Assembly (NCBI GenBank): GCA_002633005.1
Contig: NMRA01000203.1
Coordinates: 566,393-630,392 of the forward strand
Direction: 5' to 3'
Length of the DNA stretch: 64,000 bases
Source of the DNA: Phoronis australis
Taxonomy: Eukaryota > Animalia > Phoronida
Shown one piece after another: positions 14,191 through 26,703 of this stretch. The position numbers and the translations under genes are program-made. Under the pieces are notes generated by a model, which made no database searches, was not told where the DNA came from, and was given only the letters and a program-made list of their open reading frames with translations. Each line of letters opens with the position of its first letter. Position 1 is the stretch's first letter.

Positions 14191-14885
14191 CACAACTATC
14201 ATAACCTCAGCACGCCAGGGGATATGACCTCATATCACCGAGCAGGAACAGTAAAAATAGGAGTGTGCACATGTTGTAAACAGTGGTGGATCTAGGATAT
14301 CATAAGGGGGGTCCAACACTTTGTCTTGGGCAACCGTGCAAAGCACGAACGCATGTGCGCAACCAGCCTAAAATATGCGGGGGCTCGAATTCCTGTGGAT
14401 GTCTGTGGATGTGGACCCATTACTAAATTGCAATCAGAAGACTAAAAAAAAACGCTTGCACCAGGGGTTAATTAATAAATTCGATTTTTCCTCACGCTCA
14501 GGCTGTTTTATTTTTTGCGGCAGCCAAGGGGGTCCTGGGCCCTCTGCTCCAAGAAAAGTTTGATAACAAAAGTGTTTGAGTTAGAAGGGATTAAATATAT
14601 CAACGACCTTATAAGGTGTCCCTCTATGTGCAAAACGTATTTGCAACAATGCAACTTTGTTGTTTTAATCAGTGTGAGGCATAATTCGTCTAAAAGCTTC
14701 CGGCGTCTGAAGCGCCTATAGGAGCTTCACCGTCTCTACTGCCAGCTACTTAGTAGAGACGGTGGTCACTGTCTAGGCTGCAGCAGCCCAACAGCCTCAT
14801 GCTAAAACACAACCTAGACAGTGACCACTGTCTAACCTCACACTGACTAAAACATCTAAGTCACATTGTTATAAATACATCCTGT

Positions 14886-15206
14886 TGTAGTGAAACCCGG
14901 AAGTTACGAGTCACTATGCTCGAGGTCGTTGGCCTTGTTTTAGATATTAGGTACACACGTGGGAGATTTTCAGGTTCTTGGTAGTCTGTACTGAATCCTC
15001 AAAAGAGCCAGACGTGTACTACTAATACTAGCACATAACTGACATGAGAAGACATAATGCAGGTGAGCACCCGACCCTCTCATACCAAGCTGGCCTAAAA
15101 GGGGTCTGAAGAACATTAGTAAACGTTCACAACACTTTTGGCGCCCAATATGGGGCTCGAACCCGCGACCTAAGATTAAGAGTCTCATGCTCTACCGTTC
15201 ACTACA
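14886..15206. mobile_element. 321-bp LTR-like insertion containing a tRNA-Lys(CTT) 3' fragment
   Basis: Ends are TGTAGTGAA...TTCACTACA, with near-matching 4-bp flanks (ctgt/atgt). It interrupts one arm of a foldback repeat. Confidence 0.7.
15139..15197 (-). pseudogene. 5'-truncated tRNA-Lys(CTT) copy with encoded CCA
   Basis: Minus strand CGGTAGAGCATGAGACTCTTAATCTTAGGTCGCGGGTTCGAGCCCCATATTGGGCGCCA; the 5' acceptor strand is missing. Confidence 0.85.
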
Positions 15207-16039
15207 ATGTGCACAAAGCAACACTTTAGGAGGCCGTCGATGTCTTTAATTCCTTCCAACTTGAACAAATACTTCCATTGTAAAACTTTTTCTTCGAGCA
15301 GTCCCTTGTTCAATTCCCAAAATCGGTAACTGGCCATTTTTACACTGAGTACGCCAAGGGAAATGAGGTCATAACACCTGCCACGCGCGGTGTCAAAAAT
15401 GAGACCAGTTATCGATTTTAGGAACAGAACGAAGGACTGCTCGAAGAAAAAGTTTGATAACAGGAGTATTTGTCGGATTTGGGAGGAATTAAAGACATTG
15501 ACGGCCTCCCAAGGTGTCCCTCTAGCTGCACAAGGTATTTATAACAACGCGACTTTGATGTTTAAGTCGGTGTGAGGCTTTTGTTTCTGTTGAGTATATC
15601 CATCGTGTTGTAAATATTCAGAATTCATTTTGAAGCACTAAAATACATAGGCGGATTTAGTGGGGCAGATTTAGGGGGGTGGATTTAGGGGGGTGGATTT
15701 AGGGGGGNCGAAAGCAACTAGGACGCGGTGAAGAGGGTGCCCCAAATCGAGGCGTTCCCATTTTTTTTTTTTTAGTCCACCGGTAGGTTTTCTGAACAGA
15801 TGGTTCACGCACTTTGCCCGATGGCGATTCCCTGAGACAACATGTTGGGCCCCCCTTATTGTATCCTAGATTTGCCACTGAAATAACAAAGTTACATCTT
15901 GTGTTAGCTTTAAATCGAGTACGTATGTACAATGTCACTGTTCATTGCAACAACAAACGTGTCACAAACAATAACGTTAATCTGCTACCAGCATAAATGA
16001 CATTGTCTGCGTATTTTTTTCGCTTACCTGAAGCGGCAG

Positions 16040-16397
<358 letters not shown>

Positions 16398-16726
16398 ATG
16401 TCAGCGCCCATTGAGCTTTCAAAAAATTTTCTATTTCTAGAAAACTATTTTGATGGAGACAATGAACTTATTGCATGCCTTTCGTATTTCCTCTGTGTCT
16501 GTGGTATTTCAGCATTTTTGGCTTTAATGTTTATCGACTCGCCTTATGGAAAGCATGCTAGCCCGAGTTTCGGGTTTCCAGTGCCAGCCAAACTGGCATG
16601 GATTGTTCAGGAAATACCGAACGTGATTATCTGGTTGTTACTAGTCTACAGTAATCGCTCAACAATCGCCGTAAATTCACCCAGCTTAGTATTGCTCGGA
16701 TTTTTCATTTTCCACTACGTTCAAAG
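16398..16726 (+). CDS. SRD5A1: SRD5A exon 1
   Basis: MSAPIEL...FHYVQR, donor AG|GTACAT. Confidence 0.88.
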
Positions 16727-19700
16727 GTACATTTTACTTCTGGTTAATCATGATGAAGTGCTGGCCATGTTTTTAATCACAGTACCTCCCGCAATCTATT
16801 AGATCAATATGCAATCGCAAGTAAGCTCAATTTGGAATAATAAATCAAGTTTGCAGTGGCTATTTTTTATGATGAAATGATTAACTCAATTACATCAATG
16901 GCTCATGTGAAATTAAGGATGCTGATTTACTGTATTAAGAAAGGGTTTCAAAACGAATTGTAAACAATGGTTTTTGTTCAAACTAAGTTGGCTCTGAAGA
17001 CGGCATGCGAGTGGCACTTGTTTTCCGGCAGTGAAATGCCTTTTAGCCCACCAAAATATCAAAACTTCAAAGAATTCAACACATTCCTTTTTAACTTCAA
17101 ATTAATGGACCTTCAGATCATGTGCATCTGGATTAATGCACCTTCATTGGTTTGAGGCTTTAATTCTGAGGGCAGTAAGGGGTCGTGGGGTCATTATATG
17201 GTTCTGACTGTTGTTTGGCCTCAATCAATCCAAAGATCTGCTGGACTGGTCCCTCACATTAATTTTTATGCACCCACGTATCGGGTGTGACCGGAAAAAC
17301 ACCCCAAAAGTCACCTAGCTATAGCTGTCAACTATTTTACATGACTTGTGTTTAGAAACAAGAAAAATTCAGATCATACTTTGATAAATAGTTACAAAAA
17401 GTATAAAACATTTGTATTTTCATGAATTTTGGCCCGCTCTTGATTTTCACACATATGCATAGGAAAATGTTCTCCAATGTGCAGCCTCCTTTGCAGTTAC
17501 AGACTTTTAGCCTTCAGATGCACATAAACATTAATGTTACGTTAATATGTGGAAGGCATAAAGCAGCTAACACTTACCAACACCCTGTTGGGAATGTTTC
17601 GTATTTCTGTTTTTTCAGGACATTTATCTTTCCGCTGCTCATCAGAGGTGGAAAGCCGTCACCGTTTTTGGTGTTTTTCTTGGCTCTCCTGTTCTGCTCA
17701 ATCAACAGTTTCATACAGTGTCAAAGCCTGTTACTAAACCCAATGCCAAAGTCCTCATATCAGCAACCACACTTTATAGCAGGTANAGCCTCCTTTGCAG
17801 TTACAGACTTTTAGCCTTCAGATGCACATAAACATTAATGTTACGTTAATATGTGGAAGGCATAAAGCAGCTAACACTTACCAAGTCACTCTGTTGTGAA
17901 TGTTTCGTATTTCTGTTTTTTCAGGACATTTATCTTTCCGCTGCTCATCAGAGGTGGAAAGCCGTCACCGTTTTTGGTGTTTTTCTTGGCTCTCCTGTTC
18001 TGCTCAATCAACAGTTTCATACAGTGTCAAAGCCTGTTACTAAACCCAATGCCAAAGTCCTCATATCAGCAACCACACTTTATAGCAGGTAGAAATTTTC
18101 AAACTATCATCATTTGTGTTCTTTGGTTATAATAGTAAGTCACATCCACTGACTGAATCTTTGTATTAAAGAAGTTCAATAAAAATGTGTTTCACTGCAG
18201 GTGCATGATGATGTTAAATTTCTTCTCTAAAAGTTTAGTGTTTGCCTAAGAGTAAACTAAAGGGCAGTATCTGAAATTGAAATACATTGTGTATGAAGTA
18301 ATCTTTAAAATGAAAAACTTAAGTCTGTTATACTATGATTTCAACGCAGATTTTAGTTGATTAAAGAAGTTTTTCGTCATTTAGTCAAAATGTGCAATCA
18401 CACTTTTCACTGAACTAGAAAGTGATGGCTCCTTTATGGAAATTATTTTAAAGCATTAACGCCATTTACAATAGTTGAAAATCACTTTTTTAAAACAAGC
18501 AAGTATTACGATAAGAAGTAGTCAATTTGTAACATTTTGTTTTACATATAATGAATGACACAAGCTACAGAACTGTGTTAACTTTTCGTCCAGGGTCAGG
18601 GCTTCAGTATTGCCACACCTTTAAACCAATGGGGGCCTATATTTGAAATAATGCCATTTTTCGCAGCCTTTTTTATGTTGTCATTCCTGTCCGTCCATCT
18701 GTCATCCATCTGGCATCTGCTGCTCTATCTCCAAAACCCTTTGATGTAAGTTCATGAAATTTTGCACGTATGTTCCTTTCATGGATTGGACAGCATGAGC
18801 GAGGAGCTTTCGGATGGATCCAACGAACACTGTACCTCCTAGTGGCAATTTCATTTTTTTTGTTTTCCTTTGTTTCTCTGAAGTTCTTTGACGGATATTA
18901 TGAAATTTGCTAAATAGTTTTCTATTAAAGAAACAATCACTTGTGTCCATTTTCAAGTGCCATCTAGTTGCCATTTCTGCTGTTTTCTAAGTCTGTTTTT
19001 GGAATCTGCCCCTCTATCAACTGATGTTTATGTTGTTTCAACTCACTGTAAAGAGGACGGCTGATGACGATTTTCGATGACTCGGACTACTGTGGCACCT
19101 CCATTTTTTGCATCTGTGTCTGTATCTCCCAAACCCTCTGCAGGATATTTATTAAACTTGGCAAGTGTATTTATAATGAAGTTGACAACGGACAACGACA
19201 ACGTTTGGATGGATCCTACTACCGTTGTGCTCCCTGGTGGCAATTTTTTTCATTGTCTCCTGTTTCTTTAAAACTCATTGGTAGATTTTTATCAAATTTA
19301 ATAAATACATTTTTATTAGAGAGTCAACAGGTTCCCATTTTTGGATAGATTTGACATATAGTAGCCGCTTTTGTTATCATGAAATTTTACAAAAAGGTTT
19401 CTCTTAAGAAGATGACAATGCCTTCTCATTATCCAGGCAGATTTGATATATTCTGTTCCTCTCAATGGCCATTTAAACAATTTTTCAGTACGTTTTTGAC
19501 GTCACCCCCTCCATCCATCAAACTGCTTGAAGGATCATTATTAAAATTTTGTAAATGTATTCATGATGAAAAGGACGAGGCTGACGTTGATTTTCAGACA
19601 TGTTCAACTACTCTGGCACCCCTACTAGGTGCAATTTTTTTTTTTGGTTTCACGGCTGTATTTCAGTTAGCCTTTGCTAGATCTTTCTGAAATTTAGCAG

Positions 19701-22700
19701 ATGTTCTCCTATGGAGATGGCAACAAATGACGGCCAGTTTCAGACCATCTTGCCTCTTTAACTTCAGAGTTCCTTTATGCGTTTTCATGAAATTGAGCAA
19801 ACAAATTTCTATTTTGAAGGCGACAACACCTTACCTTTTTGTGATGGATTCGACGTATTCTGCACCAACTATTGGTTATTATAATTATTTTAGCTTGTTT
19901 TTTGCCATCTGCTATATTATGCAGAGGATCATTATGAAAATTGGCAGATGTGTTCCTACTGACAAGAGCATGACTCAGGTAGATTTTCAAACGGGTCCAA
20001 CTACTGTGGTGCCCCCTCGTGACATTTTGTCGCATCTACGGCAGTATCTCCTTACCCCTTGCAAGATGTTTTTTGAAATTTTGTAGAAAATATATATCTG
20101 AAACTAAATAAGGCGATCCAGATCCTCCCAAGGATACTATTGTTTCAAGAAATGAAGAATATAAATCGGTAAATAAAACAACAAGAATGGATCCATTCTT
20201 GTTGTTTTATTTACCGATTTATATTGAAATTTTGCAATTGTATTCTTTTTATTAATTTGACAGGAGATGGACGGATTCGACTACTGCTGTGGTTCCTAAT
20301 GGCGGTTTGCTTTTTTCAGTTTTGCCCTTGTATATTTGGAGTTCTTTGATGGATTTTCATGAAATTTGGTTAATAATTTTGAGAGACGACATCACCTTCC
20401 CATGTTTGGATGGGTTCAATATATTCTGTGCTATCTAATGGCCATTTTTTATGCTAGAAATAAACACCTCTAGAAGCACACCATTTGCAGTACAGTCGTG
20501 AGTGCGTTTCAACACTCTGTGTTGCTCTTGTTATTCAATTGGTTCACAAATAGGCAGATATGCCTAAGTTTCACATATAAGCCCAAGTAATGTTCTTTGT
20601 ATAGTCCCTTACATTAGCTCACACGTAGTTATGCACCGTTTTGACTACTGCTGTGCCTTCTGATGGCCATTTTTTACATTTGCCTCTGTATCTTTGGAGT
20701 TCCTTGGTGTAATTATAAGAAATTTGGTAAATAATTTTGTATTACCATATTGCTGTGCCTTTAGCCGCATGGATCTATATCATTCTGAAATAATGCCTTT
20801 TTTACCCAAGTGGTTCGCATGTTGGCACATGCGCCTAGGTTTTGCAAATAAGCGCAGTTCTGCACAGACGTCCATGGTTTTAATAATGTGGCAATGTAAT
20901 ATGAAGAGATTTACATAATATGGTTGTTACACTGTATTTCCTGAACTTTTTATTGTATTACGGATTAACTAGTTGGCTTTGCTTGAATAATCGTAGATCC
21001 TGTCCCTCATGTTTGCAGTGCCTTGTGGATAGAGAAACAGTGTGAATCATTGGATGCACTTGATTCACTGCACTGACTTCCAGCTTAAAAACCTATCAGA
21101 TGTCTTAGCTGGTTGACCTATTAATTACTATTACTAAATGCATTTCAAACTGTCCGTGATTGACATGTCTTCTGTTTTGACCAGATCTCTGTTTAATTAG
21201 GTTGTGTTGTGTTTGTTGGTGGTATCTTAATCAACCTGCATTCAGACCACATATTAAGGAATTTGAGAAAACCAGGAGAGACTGGCTACAAAGTACCCAT
21301 TGGTAAGTAAACTGCTTTTTAAATGGTAAATTTATAACTTTAGTGAACATGTAATGGCTCTGTAAATGGGTTCTTGTTTTATGAAACTTCTCATGATTAT
21401 TAGAGTTTAGATTGCATAATACCGGTATGCCTCAGAGACATAGACAAAGAGTAAAAACAGTCTGAAGCTCACTGAATTTGTGCAGAAGGTGAAATTATAG
21501 ACAAATTAGTCTGATATCCGTGTTAGGCAAAGTTTGAAATATAGAGATTCAGGAGGGACATTATCAGTTTTACGGCCAAAAACATTTCAGGGATTCTTGT
21601 TGGATAGGATAAACTTCTTGAAATTATTAGCTATAAAACAACAAAATTCGTTGTGCTTTTGTGATTTTATTACAAGTCATATATTCTCGCCGTTGTCTGC
21701 CAGATATACGTTGAAATCAAGGCCTAAGATTTTAGCTTTGAGTTAAGTATGTTTAGAATACTTTGCCATTTATCGAGTAGGACTGCTCTGCCAGCAAAGT
21801 ATTAAGCTGCGACTTCGGAGGTGCCAGGTTCGAACCTGCAGTTAGGGTAATCTCAGAAAATCACTTTTCTCTCTGAAGGTTTCTCACTGAAGAAACTGCG
21901 GTACAGGTCCATGGTTTGCGAATTTAGTTGAAATGCCAGCATTCTATACCTTGTTTTATTTTGTGGTTGTGATCAAGAACTTAGATTTAAACAAAACACC
22001 TAGAAATTGCTGTTAGCTTTAGTTACTTTTTGTGAAATGAAAAGGGCAAAATGTAAGGAATTTGCTCAAAACAAAACAAAATGTGTGATGATTACTGTTC
22101 AGAATTTTAAGTAAAAGTTGAACAATCCTCTTCTCTCACAGGAGGCATGTTTAACCTGGTCTCTGGCGCCAACATGTTTGGTGAGTTTGTTGAGTGGACT
22201 GGATTCGCGCTGGCCTCGTGGTCTTTACCTGGCTTCACATTTGCCTTCTTCACATTTTGCAACCTAGCACCACGAGCACTGAGTCACCACAGGTGAGACA
22301 TTGGTAAAGTACTGAATAACTTCATAGTGCACTAACATAAATGAAGCTTTATTTCGCACAGAGAAAAAAATCAATGTACTTGTGAATGTTTTTGGTAAAT
22401 CTTGATAGCATGCATTCTCAACCTGCTGTTGCATTGAATTGGGCATGTGACGTCATGACGAGGGTCAGCAAATTTGATTGGCTGACAAGACATCACTATA
22501 CTGTTGTAAGAGGGCATGTGTCATAGATCTGCTAAGTCAATATGTGCATAAAAACCAGCTTAGCTATGTTTGTAGTTTGTATAGATTTTGAAATAAAATA
22601 AAAGGAACTTTGCTAAAAGAAAGAAAAAAAATTCCTGCCACATGGTTGTTTTCTTTTAACACTGAAGCACAAAGGTTTCATAACTAATATAGACCAGACC

Positions 22701-23337
22701 AATTATGTTAATTCTTAACCTAATGTTTCCGTGGTCGCAAAACCAGAGGTTCCAAAACTTTGAGAATTTGTTTGCCCCTATTAATCAAACTGATGCTTTG
22801 TTTTGCAACAAAAATTTCAAAAATCTTTTGCCAGGGTTCAAATTTGAACGATTTTTTTGTTTCTTGCTCTGTACTAGGGCCATACTTTACTTGAAGGTAG
22901 CACACTTTCCAGTCCTATAGTTTTCTGGGGCAAATTTGAGATCAGTGGATGCCGAGGTAAAGTTTACATCAAATACTGAAACTTCATTATGTTTGAACCA
23001 GAGTCAAATTCACAATAACCTTTGATATAATACTATATCAATATATAAGTATCTCCACTGGTGGTGTTAGGGCTAGATAGAGAAAGGGCAATTTTCCTTA
23101 CTGATATTGAACTCCTCTAGAAATTTGCGTCGAGTTTGGAATTAGTATTGTGGAGAACACTATAGATTCAAGGTCATGCACCTTAATGGTTACTGCACAT
23201 CTCAAGTACTGTAACAGTTGCATTTCTCAGTTCCCCGTTACCTATCTCAAAACACGTTTTATGTTTTCAGGTGGTACAAATCCAAGTTTGATGATTACCC
23301 AAAGAACAGGAAAGCATTCATTCCATTTCTGTTGTAA
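16398..23337 (+). CDS. SRD5A1: 3-oxo-5-alpha-steroid 4-dehydrogenase (steroid 5-alpha-reductase), 5 exons, ~270 aa
   Basis: Exons 16398-16726, 17925-18088 (duplicate 17619-17782), 21201-21302, 22142-22292 and 23271-23337 are all GT-AG, with consistent phases and 813 nt in total. Motifs: PYGKH, AWIVQE.P, HYVQR, INLHSDHILRNLRKPGETGYKVP, GANMFGEFVEW, HHRWY...FDDYPKNRKAFIPF. Orthology to SRD5A1 versus SRD5A2 cannot be resolved. Confidence 0.93.
17925..18088 (+). CDS. SRD5A1: SRD5A exon 2 (identical duplicate at 17619-17782, across the N at 17786)
   Basis: tttcag|G; TFIFPLLIRGGKPSP...PHFIAG; donor AG|GTAGA. Confidence 0.88.
18668..20780 (+). repeat. HINE-like repeat in SRD5A intron 2
   Basis: Starts tttttatg...ctgtccgtccatctgtc (GTCY microsatellite), followed by tandem catgaaattt/ctagtggc units. 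Confidence 0.7.
21201..21302 (+). CDS. SRD5A1: SRD5A exon 3
   Basis: CVVFVGGILINLHSDHILRNLRKPGETGYKVPI; ttag| acceptor and |gtaagt donor. Confidence 0.92.
21770..21930 (+). mobile_element. Possible tRNA-derived SINE fragment
   Basis: B box GGTTCGAACC at ~21827. Confidence 0.35.
22142..22292 (+). CDS. SRD5A1: SRD5A exon 4
   Basis: GMFNLVSGANMFGEFVEWTGFALASWSLPGFTFAFFTFCNLAPRALSHH; cacag| acceptor and |gtgaga donor. Confidence 0.92.
23271..23337 (+). CDS. SRD5A1: SRD5A exon 5 (terminal)
   Basis: WYKSKFDDYPKNRKAFIPFLL*; candidate AATAAA at 23573. Confidence 0.9.
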
Positions 23338-23959
23338 ATATATTGTATGCAATTAATATTTTAGACTGTAGTGAATGTAATTAGAGTCTAATTGAGTGTG
23401 TTGATTTTGTGATAAGGTATTGTTATTATTCTTCATGTTGTTGCAGGACGTTTGCACACAATTTCATGAATAGCGTTCGCACGCTTTTCCCATCTATTTG
23501 TGAAAGTTGTATCCTTTGGATGTGAAGCACAAATCATGTGTTCAGTTTTTGCAGAATTGTGGAATATCTTTTAATAAAAAAACTTGACTTATTTATTTAC
23601 TAGTGCTTCAACTCTGCAAAGTTATTCTATTTTGTTAAATACTGAACTGAGCATTGCAAATGAAAACCGGAATATGAAAGTGAAAGGGGGTTTAAAATAA
23701 TTAATGGTGATAAAACAAACATGAAAAAAGACAGTGAAAATTGCAATTTTTTGAGTCTTTGGATTACAGAAATGATGAACGTCAACAAAAAATAGTTCCA
23801 TAAGAAATCCTGCATCACAGACTAACCAAATATTTTATTCAAACTTTTTTCATAGTTAAGAATACATATTCCTAGTAACAGTTCCTTTTTCAGTTTGATG
23901 ACATTATTCAAGTTTTGAGGAGCTTTGTCATTAATTAGATAATCACAATAAATACAAAT

Positions 23960-24530
23960 ATCAAATTTCATAGAGGTAGGACAAGTAGTTTTCAAGGTAA
24001 GTCTTCCAATGTTATAACAGAGCAACACTGATCGTTGAAATGCACCCAACGATAGCACCGCAAATGGTATAATTCTATGGGTGTTTTTAGTATCAAAATG
24101 GCCATTAGGTGGTGCAGAGTGTGTCAAAGGTGGTGTCGTCTCTGTAAAACACATCTATTTGCCAAATTTCATGAAAATAAGCCAAGGAACTACTAAGATA
24201 TAGAGGTAAACATAAAAACAATTGACACTAGGGGGCACAGCTGTTGTCTGATTGGTCTGAAACTCATCGTCATCTGTTGCCATCTCTATAGAAGCCCATC
24301 TGCCATATTTCGCAAAGATCCTTCATAAGGTAAAGGAGATACTGTCACTGATACAAAAAAAAGAAAAAAATTGCTCCTAAGGGCTCCAGAATAGTCAAAA
24401 ACTTCCGAAAATCAAGATCAGCCATGGCCTTTACACCAGAAACACAGCTGTCATAATTATCCTTCCAGTGGTTTGGCAGATGGGTAGACATCAAAAATAT
24501 AACGAAAATTTTTAAATGGCCACCAAACAT
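23960..24530 (-). repeat. HINE-like repeat (duplicate at ~27680-28255)
   Basis: Reverse complement of the same unit motifs. Confidence 0.65.
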
Positions 24531-25795
24531 TTATATCAGCATCTAAATTTTATTTATCGGTATCACTTCTTTTGAATGGTGTTTTCTATTTCCAAAAATG
24601 TACTTGAACCTGTCATTTCTTTTTTAGAATACAAATTTTCATAGTGGCCTTTCAATTTTTGTTGAGTGTTATGTTCACATAATTTCTACATTTGATTTTC
24701 TTCCATCCTCTATCCGCTTGCCTTTTCAATGTGTAATTAAACCTCTAACATATTACTTTTCTCAATTTTTTCCATTTCGGCATTGCATTCTGTCATAGTT
24801 CTTCATAGATGGGTAGTTTTAATTCTTAATACAAAATTTGAAAATCTTCAGTTTTTGAACAAGTTCCTTCTGAAGTTTTTGGCAAACTGGAAATGGTACA
24901 GAAGCTGTTCTTATGTTGCTTAAAAGAACATCTAAGAACAGATGGTCATCAATAACTAAATGCTGGTCAACAAAAAATCTTTATTGTAAGAAGGCGTATA
25001 CTCTTTGATAGTATCGAGAATCCTCTTTATTTTTGTTATGCGTGTTTCATCATCTAACGGGGAGTTACTAAAACGCCAAAATTGACTTTTTGCTGTGTAA
25101 GATAATTAAAAATATCTTTTCATTTCAACGTGGAACTTAGACATATTCCAACCATAATTTCCATAAAAAGGATGTGATATGCGAGTACAATAAGCTGAAA
25201 CATGAGAATTCGGACATGGGTTGGTTAAACAAAAATAATTCATAACATAGATACAGTTAAGTAAATTACGTCTTCTAAGCCTAAATCAGCACCTGAATCG
25301 GAATAGTATTCACACACAAATTTGGTCACAGTTTCTATTAAAATTGGTCTGGTCACTTGATTGCTTTATTAGATTGATTTAGAACGTTAAATCCTTCTTA
25401 AATAAGTTCATGTCTCAAAAGTCATCAACTGATTCATCTCAAATTAAACATTTAGCTTCACCTCAAATTAAGCTTTTAGTTTCTTAGACTGCCCCAATTT
25501 GGTCAGTTGAAAATCAAGTCTTAAAAAATTATGTCTCTTCATTACATTGAAAGGAAAATTCCTCTGAGAAAACAGCATGTTGCCGAGTCTTGCATAAATT
25601 CAGGTTACCTTAGATTTCACAAAGTGGGCACACATATCTACTGTTTGTTGATTACACTCAAACTTGCTAGTAACCTCTGCTTGTTCAGGCTTGTTACATT
25701 AGCGTAAATTTTGTCATGTCGCAGACCATTCACTAGTAAGAATTTCAGCAATGTCACTACAGGATTCGGTACTGGACCAAATGGTGTCCTCACCA

Positions 25796-26032
25796 CAGAG
25801 GCGGATCTACAGGGGGGTTCAGGGGGTTTAAACCCCCCCCTCGGGACAGGATAAAAAATAAAAACTGGAAAAAAAATCGCCAGAAAAACAAAATTAGCTA
25901 CTAAAAATCCCAAAAAATCTTACACACGAGGAGGGAATCCCTCTCGCGACCTTCCTTCTCCTCGGCGCTACGCGCCTCGGATTCTTTCGAATCCTAAACC
26001 CCCCCCTTACTGAAATCGTAGATCTGCCACTG
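25796..26032. mobile_element. 237-bp MITE with 5-bp TSD CACCA
   Basis: TIRs CAGAGGCGGATCTAC / GTAGATCTGCCACTG. The empty site (single CACCA) is present in the duplicate copy at ~29542. Confidence 0.9.
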
Positions 26033-26703
26033 CACCAGACTGTTTTTTCAACACAAAACAGGTTCATAACAGTTTCAACTTTACGTTAGTTGTTTAAAAT
26101 GCAAAATCCCTCCAAAATTTTTATCGATTCATTTTTACAAATTAATTGTTCACTGCAAATTGAGTTCAGTCTAGTAACAAGACTTCTTGCATTATAATCA
26201 AAATTTAAATACAAAAATAACTATTAATATATACTATATTTAAATAAACAGTAGAAATCATGGTTGAGCTGGAAGTCAATTGAGGAATGACCATCATTAA
26301 ATCCAAAAATATGTTACTGAACAGTAAGTTTGTGGTGAGATGGGTGTAATTGCAGTGCATAGGACATTCCAGCAATACAAGGGTAGAATTCAGTGAATAG
26401 CTTCACAAATTTTTACAATATTCACCTATTTCACGAAAGCGCCATCTTCCCGCGCCATCTTTAAATACTGATCGAAAACGAGGCACACTGATAAAACCTC
26501 GTGAGTGATCATCAGTTGGCCATGGTGTACTGTGCAGTGCCTGAACGTACCAATTCCAGTAATACCTCGTCGGTATCCTTCCCAGGGATATACTTAGCCA
26601 CTCGCCCAGTCGCCAATGCGAGTAAAAATGGTGCTGGGCGAGTAGAAGTTGACTTGCCGGTCGCCCGGTGGCGAGCGAATTTCAGAGCGCAAAAGCACTA
26701 TAT

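Larger units (their letters stand above)
14836..15578. repeat. Foldback/palindromic non-autonomous element; related copies at ~14540-14730 and ~47860-48690
   Basis: Arms such as ttttcttcgagcagtcc / ggactgctcgaagaaaa flank a centre at ~15370, and the same motifs recur at 48030-48210. Confidence 0.75.
14281..15880. mobile_element. CAGTGGCGGATC-type MITE termini enclosing nested insertions
   Basis: Imperfect ~38-bp TIRs cagtggtggatctaggatatcataagggggg / cccccttattgtatcctagatttgccactg. The N at 15708 means the two ends could belong to different copies. Confidence 0.55.

Noticed and set aside
17484-18092. Tandem duplication of SRD5A exon 2 as mutually exclusive exons
   Set aside because: The exon copies are identical and meet at a single N (17786). 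This is the signature of overlapping haplotype contigs.
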